From positions 1 through 64,000 of the IMG/VR virus record IMGVR_UViG_3300033143_001962: a stretch of 64,000 nt of DNA; one strand, given 5' to 3'. Made by a program: the position numbers and the translations under genes. Positions 24,147 through 34,509 of the stretch are shown in pieces (position 1 is the stretch's first letter; every line of letters starts with the position of its first letter). Under the pieces are notes generated by a model. It worked only from the letters and a program-made list of their open reading frames with translations. It had not been told where the DNA came from and made no database searches.

Positions 24147-26124
24147 CGACGCCTTCGTATGATGTAAAGCCACCCTCTTTAATTACTTTAATTGTATTAT
24201 GCACACGACTTATTAGTTCGTCTTTGTGTGATACAAGCCATACAGACTTGTTACGCTCACGCGCCATACTCTTAAGTATTTTAATAGACGAATCAACGCC
24301 GTTAGCATCTAATCCATTGTCTAGTAGTTCGTCTACAAACAATAGGTTTATATGACTATATAGCGATTCCCATACATCTCTAAACGCCCAACTTAATGAT
24401 AATATTAAACGTGTACGCTCGCCACGACTTAAGTTATCAAAGTCTAACTCGCGGCCCATGTCGCTAATCTCTACAGTTAAGTCACTCATGAACCTAACTT
24501 GATGCGGTAATCCAATTTCGTCTAAGTAGTGTGTTAATCTATTGTTTAAGTAAGCTAAGTTCTGCTCTATAATCTTCTTACGTATAAAGCTATCCTTGCT
24601 TGTTAATAATTTAAGTAAGAATGCTTGATGTTCCTGCATTTCAGTTAATCGATTCATTTCATCGTAACTAACATCTTGTATACCACTGTCTTGCATAGTT
24701 TCAATCTGTGCAGTATATGGATCTGTTTCAAGTGCTGATACTTCTAACTGTGCTATTAATGTATTAAGTGAACTCTTGTGTTCGTGTGCTTCGTCAATAT
24801 CTTTATAAAAAGTTTTGAGTACTACAGGCTCTATGCGTGGCACTTCATCTTCAAATGGAACAGTAGGATCATCTTGTTTACTTACTGCCATCCCTTTAAC
24901 TTCAGGCGGCGATCCTAGCTCTGCAAGTTTTAATTTGTATTCATCTTCTTTAGTAGTGTTATCTGCTAACTGAGTACTGTAGTCAGTCATCTCAGTTTGC
25001 TTTGCAGTTATGTTTTCTTCTTGCTTTTCATCGTGTAGCTCTTGCCCGCATGAATGACACTTGTGGTCTACGAGTAAATCAATATCTTTTTGTAAGCCTT
25101 GCATTCTGCGTTCGCATTTTGTATTATCTGTTTCTAATTGCGTGATCCATTTGTTACAATCGAGTACTGCGGTATTGTATTCTGTTACTACTGCATCCTT
25201 AGATGCTTCTTCTGCGTCTATTACAGCATTGAACTTAGTTACTTTTTCTTTTTCAACGTGATATGCAGCCATAGCTACTTTGTGTGCTTCTTTGCTTGCG
25301 TCAGAGAGTGCGTACCACTCAGTCTTTGCATCTTCTCTTGCTTGCGTGTTGTCTTTGTGATTGCTAATTTCTTTTTCAATGTTTATGTCCATTAACTTAT
25401 TAATGGCCGTGCCAAGATTGGTGTCTTTTGTGTGTTTGTCAGTTTGCCACATTGTTTGTCTGTCTTGAAGATTCTCAATTTGCTCTTCAATGTGTAAATT
25501 AGACTTTAATATAGCACTTAGTAAGAACTCTTCTTCTTTTAAACCATCCTTTGTACTCTTGTTTGCAACTTTAAGTGCCTCTGCCTTCTCAGACAGTACA
25601 GTAATACCAAGTAGTTGTTCTATAATGTTCTTTTGATCGTTGTTACGCATTGATAAGAACGGTTCAGTGTACGTATTAAGTGCTACACTGTGCTTAAACA
25701 TATCGTGACTAAGATTTAGTAACTCTTCAATCTCTCGTTGCGTTTCTCTGTTCTCACCTTGTGCTTCATCACCTTCTGTATCTTCACCATTCTTATAAAA
25801 TTTTAATAAGTTTGGCTTACGACCGCGCTCGATTCTGTACTCAACATCATCAATGTCAAAGTCCACAGAAACAAGCATGTTCTTTTCATTTGTTTTGTTT
25901 ATTAGATTGTTAACACGAATCTTAGTAAGTGCATCACCGTAAAATGCATAACTTAATGCATTAATTAACGTAGTCTTACCAGTACCATTCTTACTGCCAT
26001 TAGCACCTAAGTCTAAGTTTTCACCTAGTACAAGTGTTAAGTCTTGTCTATCGAAATTTACTGCTTGTGTTGCATTACCAACACTCATAAAGTTTTTTAC
26101 TGTTAAATTCTTAATACGAATCAA
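24139..26124 (-). CDS. gp46: recombination exonuclease ATPase subunit (gp46/SbcC/Rad50-like)
   Basis: KNFMSVGN, Walker A GSKNGTGKTT, zinc hook CHSCGQ, signature LSRGE, Walker B LLFVDE, VSH. Likely TTG start at 26124. Confidence 0.93.
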   Translation of the reverse strand: MIRIKNLTVKNFMSVGNATQAVNFDRQDLTLVLGENLDLGANGSKNGTGKTTLINALSYAFYGDALTKIRVNNLINKTNEKNMLVSVDFDIDDVEYRIERGRKPNLLKFYKNGEDTEGDEAQGENRETQREIEELLNLSHDMFKHSVALNTYTEPFLSMRNNDQKNIIEQLLGITVLSEKAEALKVANKSTKDGLKEEEFLLSAILKSNLHIEEQIENLQDRQTMWQTDKHTKDTNLGTAINKLMDINIEKEISNHKDNTQAREDAKTEWYALSDASKEAHKVAMAAYHVEKEKVTKFNAVIDAEEASKDAVVTEYNTAVLDCNKWITQLETDNTKCERRMQGLQKDIDLLVDHKCHSCGQELHDEKQEENITAKQTEMTDYSTQLADNTTKEDEYKLKLAELGSPPEVKGMAVSKQDDPTVPFEDEVPRIEPVVLKTFYKDIDEAHEHKSSLNTLIAQLEVSALETDPYTAQIETMQDSGIQDVSYDEMNRLTEMQEHQAFLLKLLTSKDSFIRKKIIEQNLAYLNNRLTHYLDEIGLPHQVRFMSDLTVEISDMGRELDFDNLSRGERTRLILSLSWAFRDVWESLYSHINLLFVDELLDNGLDANGVDSSIKILKSMARERNKSVWLVSHKDELISRVHNTIKVIKEGGFTSYEGVDD

Positions 26125-26726
26125 TCGAAATTCCTCATTAAATTTTCCTTCCATGGCAGCATTCTTAGGTTGCTTACCGCTGATGCATCTTCTACACTCA
26201 TACCTTTTTCAAAACATTCTTTTATTGTTTTGATATGATCTAACTGCCATCCACCTTCTACACCACATAACGTTCTTGGGTAATTTTGTGGGTTAATTAT
26301 TTTCTTGTGTACATTATACACTTTTCCGCTCAGTCCGTGTACCTTTCTGGCATATTTTGTATATTCCTTAATATTAGGGTTTCTTATTTTTCTTGACCCT
26401 AATCCTTTTGCAGCAACATTATTTGTTTTTTGCTGACACGAGTGCGAACAATACTTCTTTTTCAGCTTAATCATAACTTCAAATGTAGTTGTGCAATCCG
26501 GGTTAATGCATTCTCTAGTTTCACGAGGCAGTTTATTAGATCTTGTTGCTCTAGATCTACCTGTCATTGCTTTTGACTGGTTGCCTTTAATTCCCAACGC
26601 ATATCTTTTATTTCTTACTGTGCCTTCTCTGAGTCTCAACTTTTCAGCAATTTCACGCACACTTTTAGTTGTATCGTGTAATAAATTAATTTCTTCGTCG
26701 GTCCAGTTATGTGGTTTTATCATCAT
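26121..26726 (-). CDS. free-standing HNH homing-endonuclease-like protein
   Basis: N-terminal WTDEE HTH, C-x4-C/C-x3-C zinc motif, LDHIK...NLRMLPWKEN; inserted between gp47 and gp46. Confidence 0.7.
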   Translation of the reverse strand: MMIKPHNWTDEEINLLHDTTKSVREIAEKLRLREGTVRNKRYALGIKGNQSKAMTGRSRATRSNKLPRETRECINPDCTTTFEVMIKLKKKYCSHSCQQKTNNVAAKGLGSRKIRNPNIKEYTKYARKVHGLSGKVYNVHKKIINPQNYPRTLCGVEGGWQLDHIKTIKECFEKGMSVEDASAVSNLRMLPWKENLMRNFD

Positions 26727-26783
26727 AATATTAAGTCTCCTTAATATTATTTACCGTTTTACTGCTTAATCGTTAAGGTTAAT

Positions 26784-27797
26784 CTATAAATTGTTGTAAA
26801 TTTCCATTAGTAATGCAGGCTTGTAGAAATCACTTTCAATTGCTGTGATTTGCTCGCTTATAATAGTATCTACACTATTAAAGGATACTTCTGCATTATT
26901 GTCTTGTTCGAACTCGCCATCTTTAACAGGAATTAAACTTATTTCACGTAAGTTGTATTTCTTATTAAACGTTTCTTTGATAAAGTTTGCTTCTTCATAA
27001 CTTACGTCGATATCTAAGTTAACTTTAAGTGACATGCCCGGTGAAAGTAGTTCGTCACCTTTATCGATTAGCTCGCTTAGGTTTACTACCCTGTATAAGG
27101 GTTGATCTGGCCACGAATGGAATGTCGGTTCTTTATCCCATTCGAGAACCATAGCACCACGTTTATCATCACCAGCATCGGCGAAGTTATGCGGAAAGCA
27201 ATTACCAATGTATGTAACATTGCCACGTTCTTGTCGCATATGAAAGTGCCCACTGAACACTTGTTCAACGTTAGCCATTTGATCTGCATTTACGGTACCA
27301 CTGTCAGGCATTTCAACCAAAGCATTCATTTTAAAATGCGGTAGTTCGAAATGACCGAACATATACTTGGCTTTAATCTTCGTTAATTTTTTATAATCAT
27401 CGCCCACCAACCAAGGAACAATGGCAACATCATCTTGCTTAAACCAGTCATTACATATTGTAATATTCGGTAAATGTTTTGCCCATTCAATCCCGTGAAT
27501 GTCACGTTTATCTCTATAGTAAAGATCATGATTCCCAGGTATAAAGTAAAAGTTTTCAAATGCATCGTTAAGTTTCTCCAGACTTCTCAAACTGAAGTTA
27601 AGAGTCTGGAGATTAATAGACGCGCGGTGGTGATGCCAATCGCCTAAGAATAGGCCTGTTTCACAGCCTTGTTCTTTTGCAGTAGCTATAGCAAAGTCTA
27701 CGAAAGCTTCACAATCCTCATTGTGCCGCTGACTATTGCTTTTTAAACCGAAATGTATATCTGTAAATATTAGTGCTTTATTAAATAGGTTACTCAT
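26784..27797 (-). CDS. gp47: recombination exonuclease nuclease subunit (gp47/SbcD/Mre11-like)
   Basis: TDIHFG, LGDW, GNHD, GHFE, SGHFH metallophosphoesterase motifs; likely start MSNLF. Confidence 0.93.
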   Translation of the reverse strand: MSNLFNKALIFTDIHFGLKSNSQRHNEDCEAFVDFAIATAKEQGCETGLFLGDWHHHRASINLQTLNFSLRSLEKLNDAFENFYFIPGNHDLYYRDKRDIHGIEWAKHLPNITICNDWFKQDDVAIVPWLVGDDYKKLTKIKAKYMFGHFELPHFKMNALVEMPDSGTVNADQMANVEQVFSGHFHMRQERGNVTYIGNCFPHNFADAGDDKRGAMVLEWDKEPTFHSWPDQPLYRVVNLSELIDKGDELLSPGMSLKVNLDIDVSYEEANFIKETFNKKYNLREISLIPVKDGEFEQDNNAEVSFNSVDTIISEQITAIESDFYKPALLMEIYNNL

Positions 27798-28686
27798 GAA
27801 GCTCCTTTGGGTATGTATATGTCCATAATTCTGTTGTTGTTTTGGGAAAGTCGTCACCAATGTCATTACATCTTAATTCGAGATTTAATTCTTCTCTAAG
27901 ATATTTTTGTATGTATGCTTCGTCGTATACGGTACTGTCGTCTGGCATGTTGCAATTAATGTGTTTAGTAAAGTTATCTAAGAACAGTGCTATATCTTTG
28001 TCCTTATTAAGGTGCTTTTGTAAGCTTAACATTTCATTGTGATTTGTCATTATAGTGTCGTAACTTTCGGTTACGTCGAAGTTAAGTTCACGCGCTAACC
28101 GCATTAATGTATTTTTAAAATCAAATAATAAATCTTTGATGTTGATTTCAATACACTTGTCCTTGCTATTATATTCGCCAACTGAATTTACGCCTTTGAT
28201 AAATTCTTTATAACTGTAAAATTCTCGCATGTTTGCAACTTTTGAAAAATCCTCATCATTGATTTCTTTTCTATGCTGGTCTATTAGATATCTGTCATGA
28301 ACTTTATCGTGCTTGTTGTTGCGAATTAATAAATGCATGTCTGCGTCGGATCTAATTAATATACCTTTGACAACTTTTGATAAAATGTAATCAACACTTT
28401 CACCAGCACTCGAATCGGTTAAGTCACGCTCGTCATTAAATACATGATGCATTCGGAAAAACGGAAGTGTGTCTGGCCCGTGTACATGTTGCTCGAACGT
28501 AGGCATGTTAATCCTTGAGTTATATATTGTGAAATTTTTCTGCGTGTGAGAATTGCCATTCTTTCCCCACGGCAATTCCGGACTATCACAAAGCCCAATG
28601 CTGGTAAAATTGTTAAGTACCCAATAAAGATACGACCCGTATGCTCCAGGCTCGTATATTATAGGTATTGTTTTACTTTTTGTCAA
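27790..28686 (-). CDS. hypothetical protein, possible sulfotransferase-like P-loop fold
   Basis: N-terminal IIYEPGAYGSYL loop. Confidence 0.35.
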   Translation of the reverse strand: MTKSKTIPIIYEPGAYGSYLYWVLNNFTSIGLCDSPELPWGKNGNSHTQKNFTIYNSRINMPTFEQHVHGPDTLPFFRMHHVFNDERDLTDSSAGESVDYILSKVVKGILIRSDADMHLLIRNNKHDKVHDRYLIDQHRKEINDEDFSKVANMREFYSYKEFIKGVNSVGEYNSKDKCIEINIKDLLFDFKNTLMRLARELNFDVTESYDTIMTNHNEMLSLQKHLNKDKDIALFLDNFTKHINCNMPDDSTVYDEAYIQKYLREELNLELRCNDIGDDFPKTTTELWTYTYPKELHE

Positions 28687-29653
28687 GTTTCTCGTCTGTT
28701 AAATGTTTGTCGTCTGAGTTGTCATTACTAAACTGTCTAGTCCAGCTAGGAGTTAGTCCGTTAGCTTCTAAAATGTCATCACGTATGTTCTGCATCTTCT
28801 TCTCGATGTTTAGTACCCTGGTAAAGCTGTTAGTAACTGCGGCAGTGTAGTACGCAAATGGATTTTGTGATTTCATTTCATTAAACTGTAGTCCAATTTG
28901 ACTAAGCTGTAATAAAGCTTGCCCTTGCATCTCATCATTGTAAGTATAACCACGCCAGTTACTGCGCGTTCCGTAACGTTCGCATAACTTCATGTACATC
29001 ATTGCTAAGTTGCCAGTCGTCCGCCCGTGATCTTTATTAAATGCACCAGTTTCTAAATCACCTTTCCAATGACTCTTACCTACTAGCTGTACTGCCATAG
29101 CATTATCGCCTTCCATAGCAAACCCGTGGTCTGCTAACTTTGAAACACGGTAGTGATAAAATGCAGGAAAGCCACAACGCATAGGAATCATTTCTACTTC
29201 GAGCCCAGTGCCGTCTAGTAACTCTAATTCATCGTCGTTTAATAAATCATCAAACACTGCATTAGCTTTTGCCTGCTTAGCCGCTTTAGCAGTAGCAGCT
29301 TTTGATTTCTTTTTAGGTACAAGTGGAATGTGTTCTGTAGTCATTACTCTGTAAACTACATCTTCTAATTTGATATCTTCTAATTCGGTGGGAATGTCAA
29401 GCTTTGTTAAGCGTGTTGCCCTTGCCTGTCTGCCAAGTAGTGTAACCGGTACGTCTTCCATGATGGGCTTTCCATCTTTGTCTTTGCTTACTTCGACATT
29501 TTGTGTACCCCAAATGTCCGATAAGTTTTCTACTATGAAGTCTTGTTGATTGTCTTCTACTTTGTCCAGAAAAGAACAGTATGAAATTTTACTTAAGTGT
29601 ATCTCTTTCAACATATCCTTGTTATTTAAATAATTCTTTTTACGTTTAGCCAT
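28673..29653 (-). CDS. gp55: late transcription sigma factor (gp55-like)
   Basis: NYLNNKDML, RSNWRGYTYNDEM, FNEMKSQNPFAYYT; adjacent to gp47/gp46 as in T4; likely start MAKRKK. Confidence 0.85.
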   Translation of the reverse strand: MAKRKKNYLNNKDMLKEIHLSKISYCSFLDKVEDNQQDFIVENLSDIWGTQNVEVSKDKDGKPIMEDVPVTLLGRQARATRLTKLDIPTELEDIKLEDVVYRVMTTEHIPLVPKKKSKAATAKAAKQAKANAVFDDLLNDDELELLDGTGLEVEMIPMRCGFPAFYHYRVSKLADHGFAMEGDNAMAVQLVGKSHWKGDLETGAFNKDHGRTTGNLAMMYMKLCERYGTRSNWRGYTYNDEMQGQALLQLSQIGLQFNEMKSQNPFAYYTAAVTNSFTRVLNIEKKMQNIRDDILEANGLTPSWTRQFSNDNSDDKHLTDEKLDKK

Positions 29654-29681
29654 ACATCTCCTTGTAGCTTTAGATTTAACT

Positions 29682-29709
29682 ATTATAGCACATAAGCATA
29701 ATAAGTCAA
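29682..29709 (-). promoter_or_regulatory. sigma70-type promoter for gp55-47-46 operon
   Basis: TTGACT-16-TATAAT with TGn extension. Confidence 0.7.
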
Positions 29710-29743
29710 CCATAATTTATTATATTGGGTTATAATATGTACT

Positions 29744-29751
29744 CATAAATA
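29744..29751 (+). promoter_or_regulatory. late promoter variant CATAAATA
   Basis: Upstream of the baseplate operon; the same variant occurs at 35670..35677, and GATAAATA at 52146..52153 and 52817..52824. Confidence 0.6.
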
Positions 29752-29773
29752 CGTTAAACAGGAAAGTAAGTTA

Positions 29774-30601
29774 ATGGCAGATTCAATTAAAACTATAGCG
29801 GCAGCAGCGGCAGCAGAAGCACGTAAATTAAAATCAGCAACCCTGCAACAATACGCAGTGGATGAACAGAAAAAGGAAAAAGATTGGCGTGTACGATTAC
29901 ATCTGGCACCAGGTGCTGATTACTTGTATAAATCAGACAATCCTGGAATACTAGCCCCGCTTAAGGCGACAGACGGCCTTATATTTCCTTATACTCCTGA
30001 GATAGCAGTTCAGTACAATGCTAACTACCAGAACTACGAGTTAACTCACAGTAACTACAAAGGTTATTTTTATCAAGGCAGTAAGGTAGAAAATTTAATT
30101 ATAACAGCAACATTCACAGCACAGGATAGAGCAGAAGCCAACTACATGTTAGCAGCAATGCACTTCTTACGTAGTGCAACTAAAATGTTTTATGGTCAAG
30201 ACGATAGCAAGCGTGGAGTTCCGCCCCCAATATTATTCTTAACAGGCTTAGGCGAATTTCAATTTAAAAATCACCCATGTGCATTAACAATGGTGAACTA
30301 CAACTTAGAAACAGATGTGGATTATATCGCAGCAGGCTCTATGCAAACACCACCACCTCGCAAGACTAGCACTAGTGCCAGAGTGAATAAATCATTAGCG
30401 AAAGGTGCCAGAATTATTACAGGTCGGTCCGAACCAGAAGCTAACGATCCGATAGAAGTACACGACGATGTTACTTATGTGCCTACTAAGATAATAATAA
30501 ACTTCACAGCTATTCCGATACAAACACGAGATCAAGTTAGCAACGAGTTCAGCTTAGAAAAATATGCAAGTGGTGAACTACTTAAGAAAGGATTTTGGTA
30601 A
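29774..30601 (+). CDS. tail-tube-fold baseplate protein (tube initiator-like)
   Basis: IFPYTP, FTAQ, GVPPPILFL; located before gp53. Confidence 0.55.
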   Translation: MADSIKTIAAAAAAEARKLKSATLQQYAVDEQKKEKDWRVRLHLAPGADYLYKSDNPGILAPLKATDGLIFPYTPEIAVQYNANYQNYELTHSNYKGYFYQGSKVENLIITATFTAQDRAEANYMLAAMHFLRSATKMFYGQDDSKRGVPPPILFLTGLGEFQFKNHPCALTMVNYNLETDVDYIAAGSMQTPPPRKTSTSARVNKSLAKGARIITGRSEPEANDPIEVHDDVTYVPTKIIINFTAIPIQTRDQVSNEFSLEKYASGELLKKGFW

Positions 30602-30897
30602 TGAGTTACAAGAATTCAAGTGCGTACAGTAATACAGGTATCAGTGATTACTATTTAGATTTAATGGTAAACAGGTCAATACCGAAGTTATCCGACGATA
30701 CTATTTTTACAATTACAGAAACGTATAACATGCGCCCAGACTTATTAGCGTATGATGTGTACGGTGATGCAGACTTGTGGTGGGTATTTGCTCAACGCAA
30801 TCCAGACACATTAAAAAATCCGTTAATTGATTTTAAACCAGGTACTGATATTTTTGTACCGCAGATAGCAACATTGCGCACAGTGCTAGGAATTTAA
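30601..30897 (+). CDS. gp53: baseplate wedge LysM-like protein (gp53-like)
   Basis: RPDLLAYDVYGDADLWWVFAQRN ... G..IFVP. Confidence 0.8.
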   Translation: MSYKNSSAYSNTGISDYYLDLMVNRSIPKLSDDTIFTITETYNMRPDLLAYDVYGDADLWWVFAQRNPDTLKNPLIDFKPGTDIFVPQIATLRTVLGI

Positions 30898-30898
30898 T

Positions 30899-33034
30899 AT
30901 GGCTGACTTTGAACCGTTACCTAATAAGTTTAAGAAGTTTAATAACTTCACTTATTCTGTATCTATATACATTCAATCTCCCGCACATTATGCAGACATG
31001 ATTAATAGTGTCGATGGCTACACGGATCTGAGTAGGCTAACTTTACTCTTACAAAGTGGTGGTATAACTAATAGCACACTCGGAGCAAAGCGTAGCAGGC
31101 ATTTTAAAAATGACTTTTATATAAACGACATACAAATAGAAAGTTTAATAAGTGGCACAGCCACCGGCAGTCCGAGTAACTCGTACGAATTGAACTTTAC
31201 AGTTACAGAACCAATGGGGTTAACATTCCTTGAAAGCTTAAACAATGCAGTACAAGAATATAATCAGGAATTAGGGTACGCAGATGGTGAGGTCAACTTC
31301 GTAGCACAAACATACTTAATGGTAGTCCGTTTTTATGGCTATGACAAGGATGGTAATATCCAAACAGGCGACAGTATCGAAACGTCAGACGCAGATGCCT
31401 CAGTTGAAAAATATATTCCGTTTATGTTTAGTAACATTACATTTACAATGGAAGCAGCACAGGTTGTATATAGGTGTGAAGCGGTATGCCCGCAATCACA
31501 TATAGCAAACGATAAAGCACATGGAGTTATACAGAAGACAATCGGACTGAAAGGTGCAACCCTTGCAGATTTACTGTCTTCTAATAGCTCTACAAGTTTA
31601 AAAACAGTATTAAATGATCACCAAAAGCAACTAAAGAAAAACCACATGTTCACTCATGTAGACAGTTATGATTTTGAATTTGACAAAAAAGGCGGCGCCC
31701 TGGCTATAGCTGAAATGAAACAGAAAGGCGCATTAGACGTAACCCGTAATGCTTCAAAAATAGATCCTACGACGATAATAAGTACAGCTGAGTTAGACAC
31801 AAAGGCACAAGCATTATCAGCACATGCAGGAACAAGCATAATTAAGTTCTTAGACACAGCAATACGTTCTAGCGACTACATACTGAGTCAGTTCACTGAG
31901 GTAGACGATCCGGCTGTCAAGGGCAAAAAGCATTATGTACAGAAGACTGAAGGCCCGCTGAAGTGGTTCAAAATACAACCAAGACTTAAAGCTGATGTTA
32001 ACAAGTACGATAAAAAACGCAACGACTTCGCGTATCACATTACATACGTTATATCAGAATACGATGTACCGAGTTTAGGTACAGTATCACCAGTGTTCGA
32101 CGGCGTTGATTGTTTTAAAGTACACAAGGAATACGACTTTTGGTTCACTGGTGCTAATACAGAAGTACTTGATTTTAGACAAGAGTACAATGCATTTTAT
32201 CTAACATCGTTTAGTAATTCGCATTCAGAGAATAAAACAGGCTCACAAGTAAACTTTAATAATTTAATAAGCAACACAACACGTACAGCAAACATAGCAA
32301 CTTCAAATCAAGTTGCTCGCGGTGGAACAAATGATAGCACACAACAATCAGCTAACGCGGCAAGTATATTATACTCACCTGCTGATCAAGCTAATGCAGA
32401 AATTGATATAGTTGGCGACCCAGATTGGATCTGTCAGAGTGAATTGTATTACGGTCCAGGTGAAGATAAGAATTATGGTCCAGTTATGAACGATGGGTCG
32501 ATTAATCCGAACGTGGCTGAAGTATTTTTTAGTATTAGTTTTAATACAGTAGTTGATTACGATTTAACGACAGGCTTAGCAGATACAAGACACAACGGCC
32601 AAACATTATCGCAATATAAATTAGTGTACAGAGCAAACCAGATAACTACACAATTACACGATGGACAGTTTAAGCAGAAGTTGTTAGGTACTATTATGTT
32701 TATACCTGATAGATGTACAGCCGGCACTAGTAACGGATCAGGTAACGGATCAGGTAACGGATCAGGTAACGGATCAGGTAACGGATCAGGTAACGGATCA
32801 GGTAACGGATCAGGTAACGGATCACAGGGAGTATCTATTAGAGCTACAGACACAGACGCAAAACCTGCTCCGGTACTTAGTAAGGTAGGTAAGTCTAATA
32901 AAATAACTAATACACCGAGTCTCGTCAGCAAAAGAACCGATCGCTCAGCGAAGGAAGCTCTTGACTTGAAAGGCAGTACAGTTACTCAAAGTGGCTCAGG
33001 CTTTGCAAACGAATTTGATGATGACCAAGGATAA
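30899..33034 (+). CDS. baseplate hub-like protein
   Basis: Lies between gp53 and gp5; IVGDPDWI and GQFKQ.L motifs of hub/gp27-type proteins. Confidence 0.5.
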   Translation: MADFEPLPNKFKKFNNFTYSVSIYIQSPAHYADMINSVDGYTDLSRLTLLLQSGGITNSTLGAKRSRHFKNDFYINDIQIESLISGTATGSPSNSYELNFTVTEPMGLTFLESLNNAVQEYNQELGYADGEVNFVAQTYLMVVRFYGYDKDGNIQTGDSIETSDADASVEKYIPFMFSNITFTMEAAQVVYRCEAVCPQSHIANDKAHGVIQKTIGLKGATLADLLSSNSSTSLKTVLNDHQKQLKKNHMFTHVDSYDFEFDKKGGALAIAEMKQKGALDVTRNASKIDPTTIISTAELDTKAQALSAHAGTSIIKFLDTAIRSSDYILSQFTEVDDPAVKGKKHYVQKTEGPLKWFKIQPRLKADVNKYDKKRNDFAYHITYVISEYDVPSLGTVSPVFDGVDCFKVHKEYDFWFTGANTEVLDFRQEYNAFYLTSFSNSHSENKTGSQVNFNNLISNTTRTANIATSNQVARGGTNDSTQQSANAASILYSPADQANAEIDIVGDPDWICQSELYYGPGEDKNYGPVMNDGSINPNVAEVFFSISFNTVVDYDLTTGLADTRHNGQTLSQYKLVYRANQITTQLHDGQFKQKLLGTIMFIPDRCTAGTSNGSGNGSGNGSGNGSGNGSGNGSGNGSGNGSQGVSIRATDTDAKPAPVLSKVGKSNKITNTPSLVSKRTDRSAKEALDLKGSTVTQSGSGFANEFDDDQG
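32732..32824 (+). repeat. perfect 12-bp tandem repeat (AACGGATCAGGT)x7.75 encoding (NGSG)n
   Basis: Directly visible. Confidence 0.95.
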
Positions 33035-33037
33035 TAA

Positions 33038-34507
33038 ATGAGTGATATGAATTACAGTGGCAGTAGAAAGCCGGCAAAGAATTTTAATTTAGATAGAGGC
33101 GGCGCGATAGCGCACCCTGGTCCTTTTGTGGGAGTAGTTAAAGGTACAACAGACCCTACACATGCAGGACGTATACAAGTATGGATTAAAACATTCGGTA
33201 ATATAGCTACACAAGATAATGAAGCTGATTGGATATGGGCTAGGTACATGACTCCATTCTACGGCGTAACACCACATAAAACTTACGAAACAGTACAAAA
33301 TAATCACTTCGACGAAAACGGTCAGTCGTACGGTATGTGGATGGTAGCCCCTGATGTAGAAACAGAAGTTCTTGTTGTATTTGCCGAAGGCGATCCAGAT
33401 CAAGCGTTCTATATAGGCTGTATTCCAACTCCGATGATGAACCACTCTATTCCAGCAATGGGCGCAGTGCCTGCTAGCCGTGCTAAAATTAACACCGCGG
33501 CAGATACTGTAATAGTACAAGATTTGTTTGCAGATCAAATACCAGTGTCAGACATGGACAGATCAGAACGATCACTTAATAATCCAGACTACCTTAAATC
33601 AGAGAAGCCATTTTACAAGTACCTAACGTCTCAAATGGTTAACTCAGGATTAATAGCAGATACCTTACGTGGTCCTATTACAAGTAGTGCTCAGCGAGAA
33701 ACACCAAGTCGTGTGTTTGGCTTTAATACTCCAGGCCGCCCTGTGTATAATGTACCAATGGCAGATGACGAAGTTAGGCAAAAAATAGAAGACGACGTAG
33801 CCAACGACGTAGTAACTGATACTACTGTTCATTATAGAAAAGCAGGCCATAGTTTTGTAATGGACGATGGCGACATAGATACTGATAATAACTTAGTGCG
33901 TATTCGTACATCAAGTGGCCACCAAATAACTATGTGCGATGATGAAGGCAAAGAATTTATTTACATTACACATAGTAGTGGTAATTGCTGGATAGAGTTA
34001 GGCTCTGAAGGAACTATAGATGGATGGGCTGCGAACAGTGTTAACTTCCGTACAGGTGGTGACATAAACTTACACGCCGACAAAGACATTAACTTAAATG
34101 CCGGTGAGCAGATTAACTTGCGAGCAACTAAAGACATGACACTTGAAACAGATGCTAGTTTATTACTTACAGGTAAGACAGCAGTAACAGCATACAGTTC
34201 AGCAACTATAGGACTTAAGAGTGATGGTACAATAGCACTCGATGCAGGGAGCTCGGGATCGTTTAAAGCAGGTGCAGCAATGACTATTAAAGGCTCACGC
34301 GTAGGGTTAAATGATGGCTCGGCAGCATCAGTGACAGCACCACAGGCACTATCGCAAAATAGCTGGCCAGACACGTACGAAATACCAGACAAGGGCTGGT
34401 ACGAAGAAGCTGGTAAATTCAAAAGTATTGTTTCACGCGCAACAACTCATGAACCGTACTCAGGTCATGGTGCTGGTATTGCTAACCCTAAGAAGTCAGG
34501 TAGTTAA
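33038..34507 (+). CDS. gp5: baseplate central spike (gp5/VgrG-like, OB fold plus beta helix)
   Basis: DPTHAGRIQVWI, P.V.TEVLV.F..GD, GHSFVMDD, IRTSSGHQI; C-terminal beta repeats. Confidence 0.8.
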   Translation: MSDMNYSGSRKPAKNFNLDRGGAIAHPGPFVGVVKGTTDPTHAGRIQVWIKTFGNIATQDNEADWIWARYMTPFYGVTPHKTYETVQNNHFDENGQSYGMWMVAPDVETEVLVVFAEGDPDQAFYIGCIPTPMMNHSIPAMGAVPASRAKINTAADTVIVQDLFADQIPVSDMDRSERSLNNPDYLKSEKPFYKYLTSQMVNSGLIADTLRGPITSSAQRETPSRVFGFNTPGRPVYNVPMADDEVRQKIEDDVANDVVTDTTVHYRKAGHSFVMDDGDIDTDNNLVRIRTSSGHQITMCDDEGKEFIYITHSSGNCWIELGSEGTIDGWAANSVNFRTGGDINLHADKDINLNAGEQINLRATKDMTLETDASLLLTGKTAVTAYSSATIGLKSDGTIALDAGSSGSFKAGAAMTIKGSRVGLNDGSAASVTAPQALSQNSWPDTYEIPDKGWYEEAGKFKSIVSRATTHEPYSGHGAGIANPKKSGS

Positions 34508-34509
34508 CA

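Noticed and set aside
32732-32824. Tandem repeat as a CRISPR array
   Set aside because: The 12-bp units are contiguous with no spacers and lie in frame inside a CDS.
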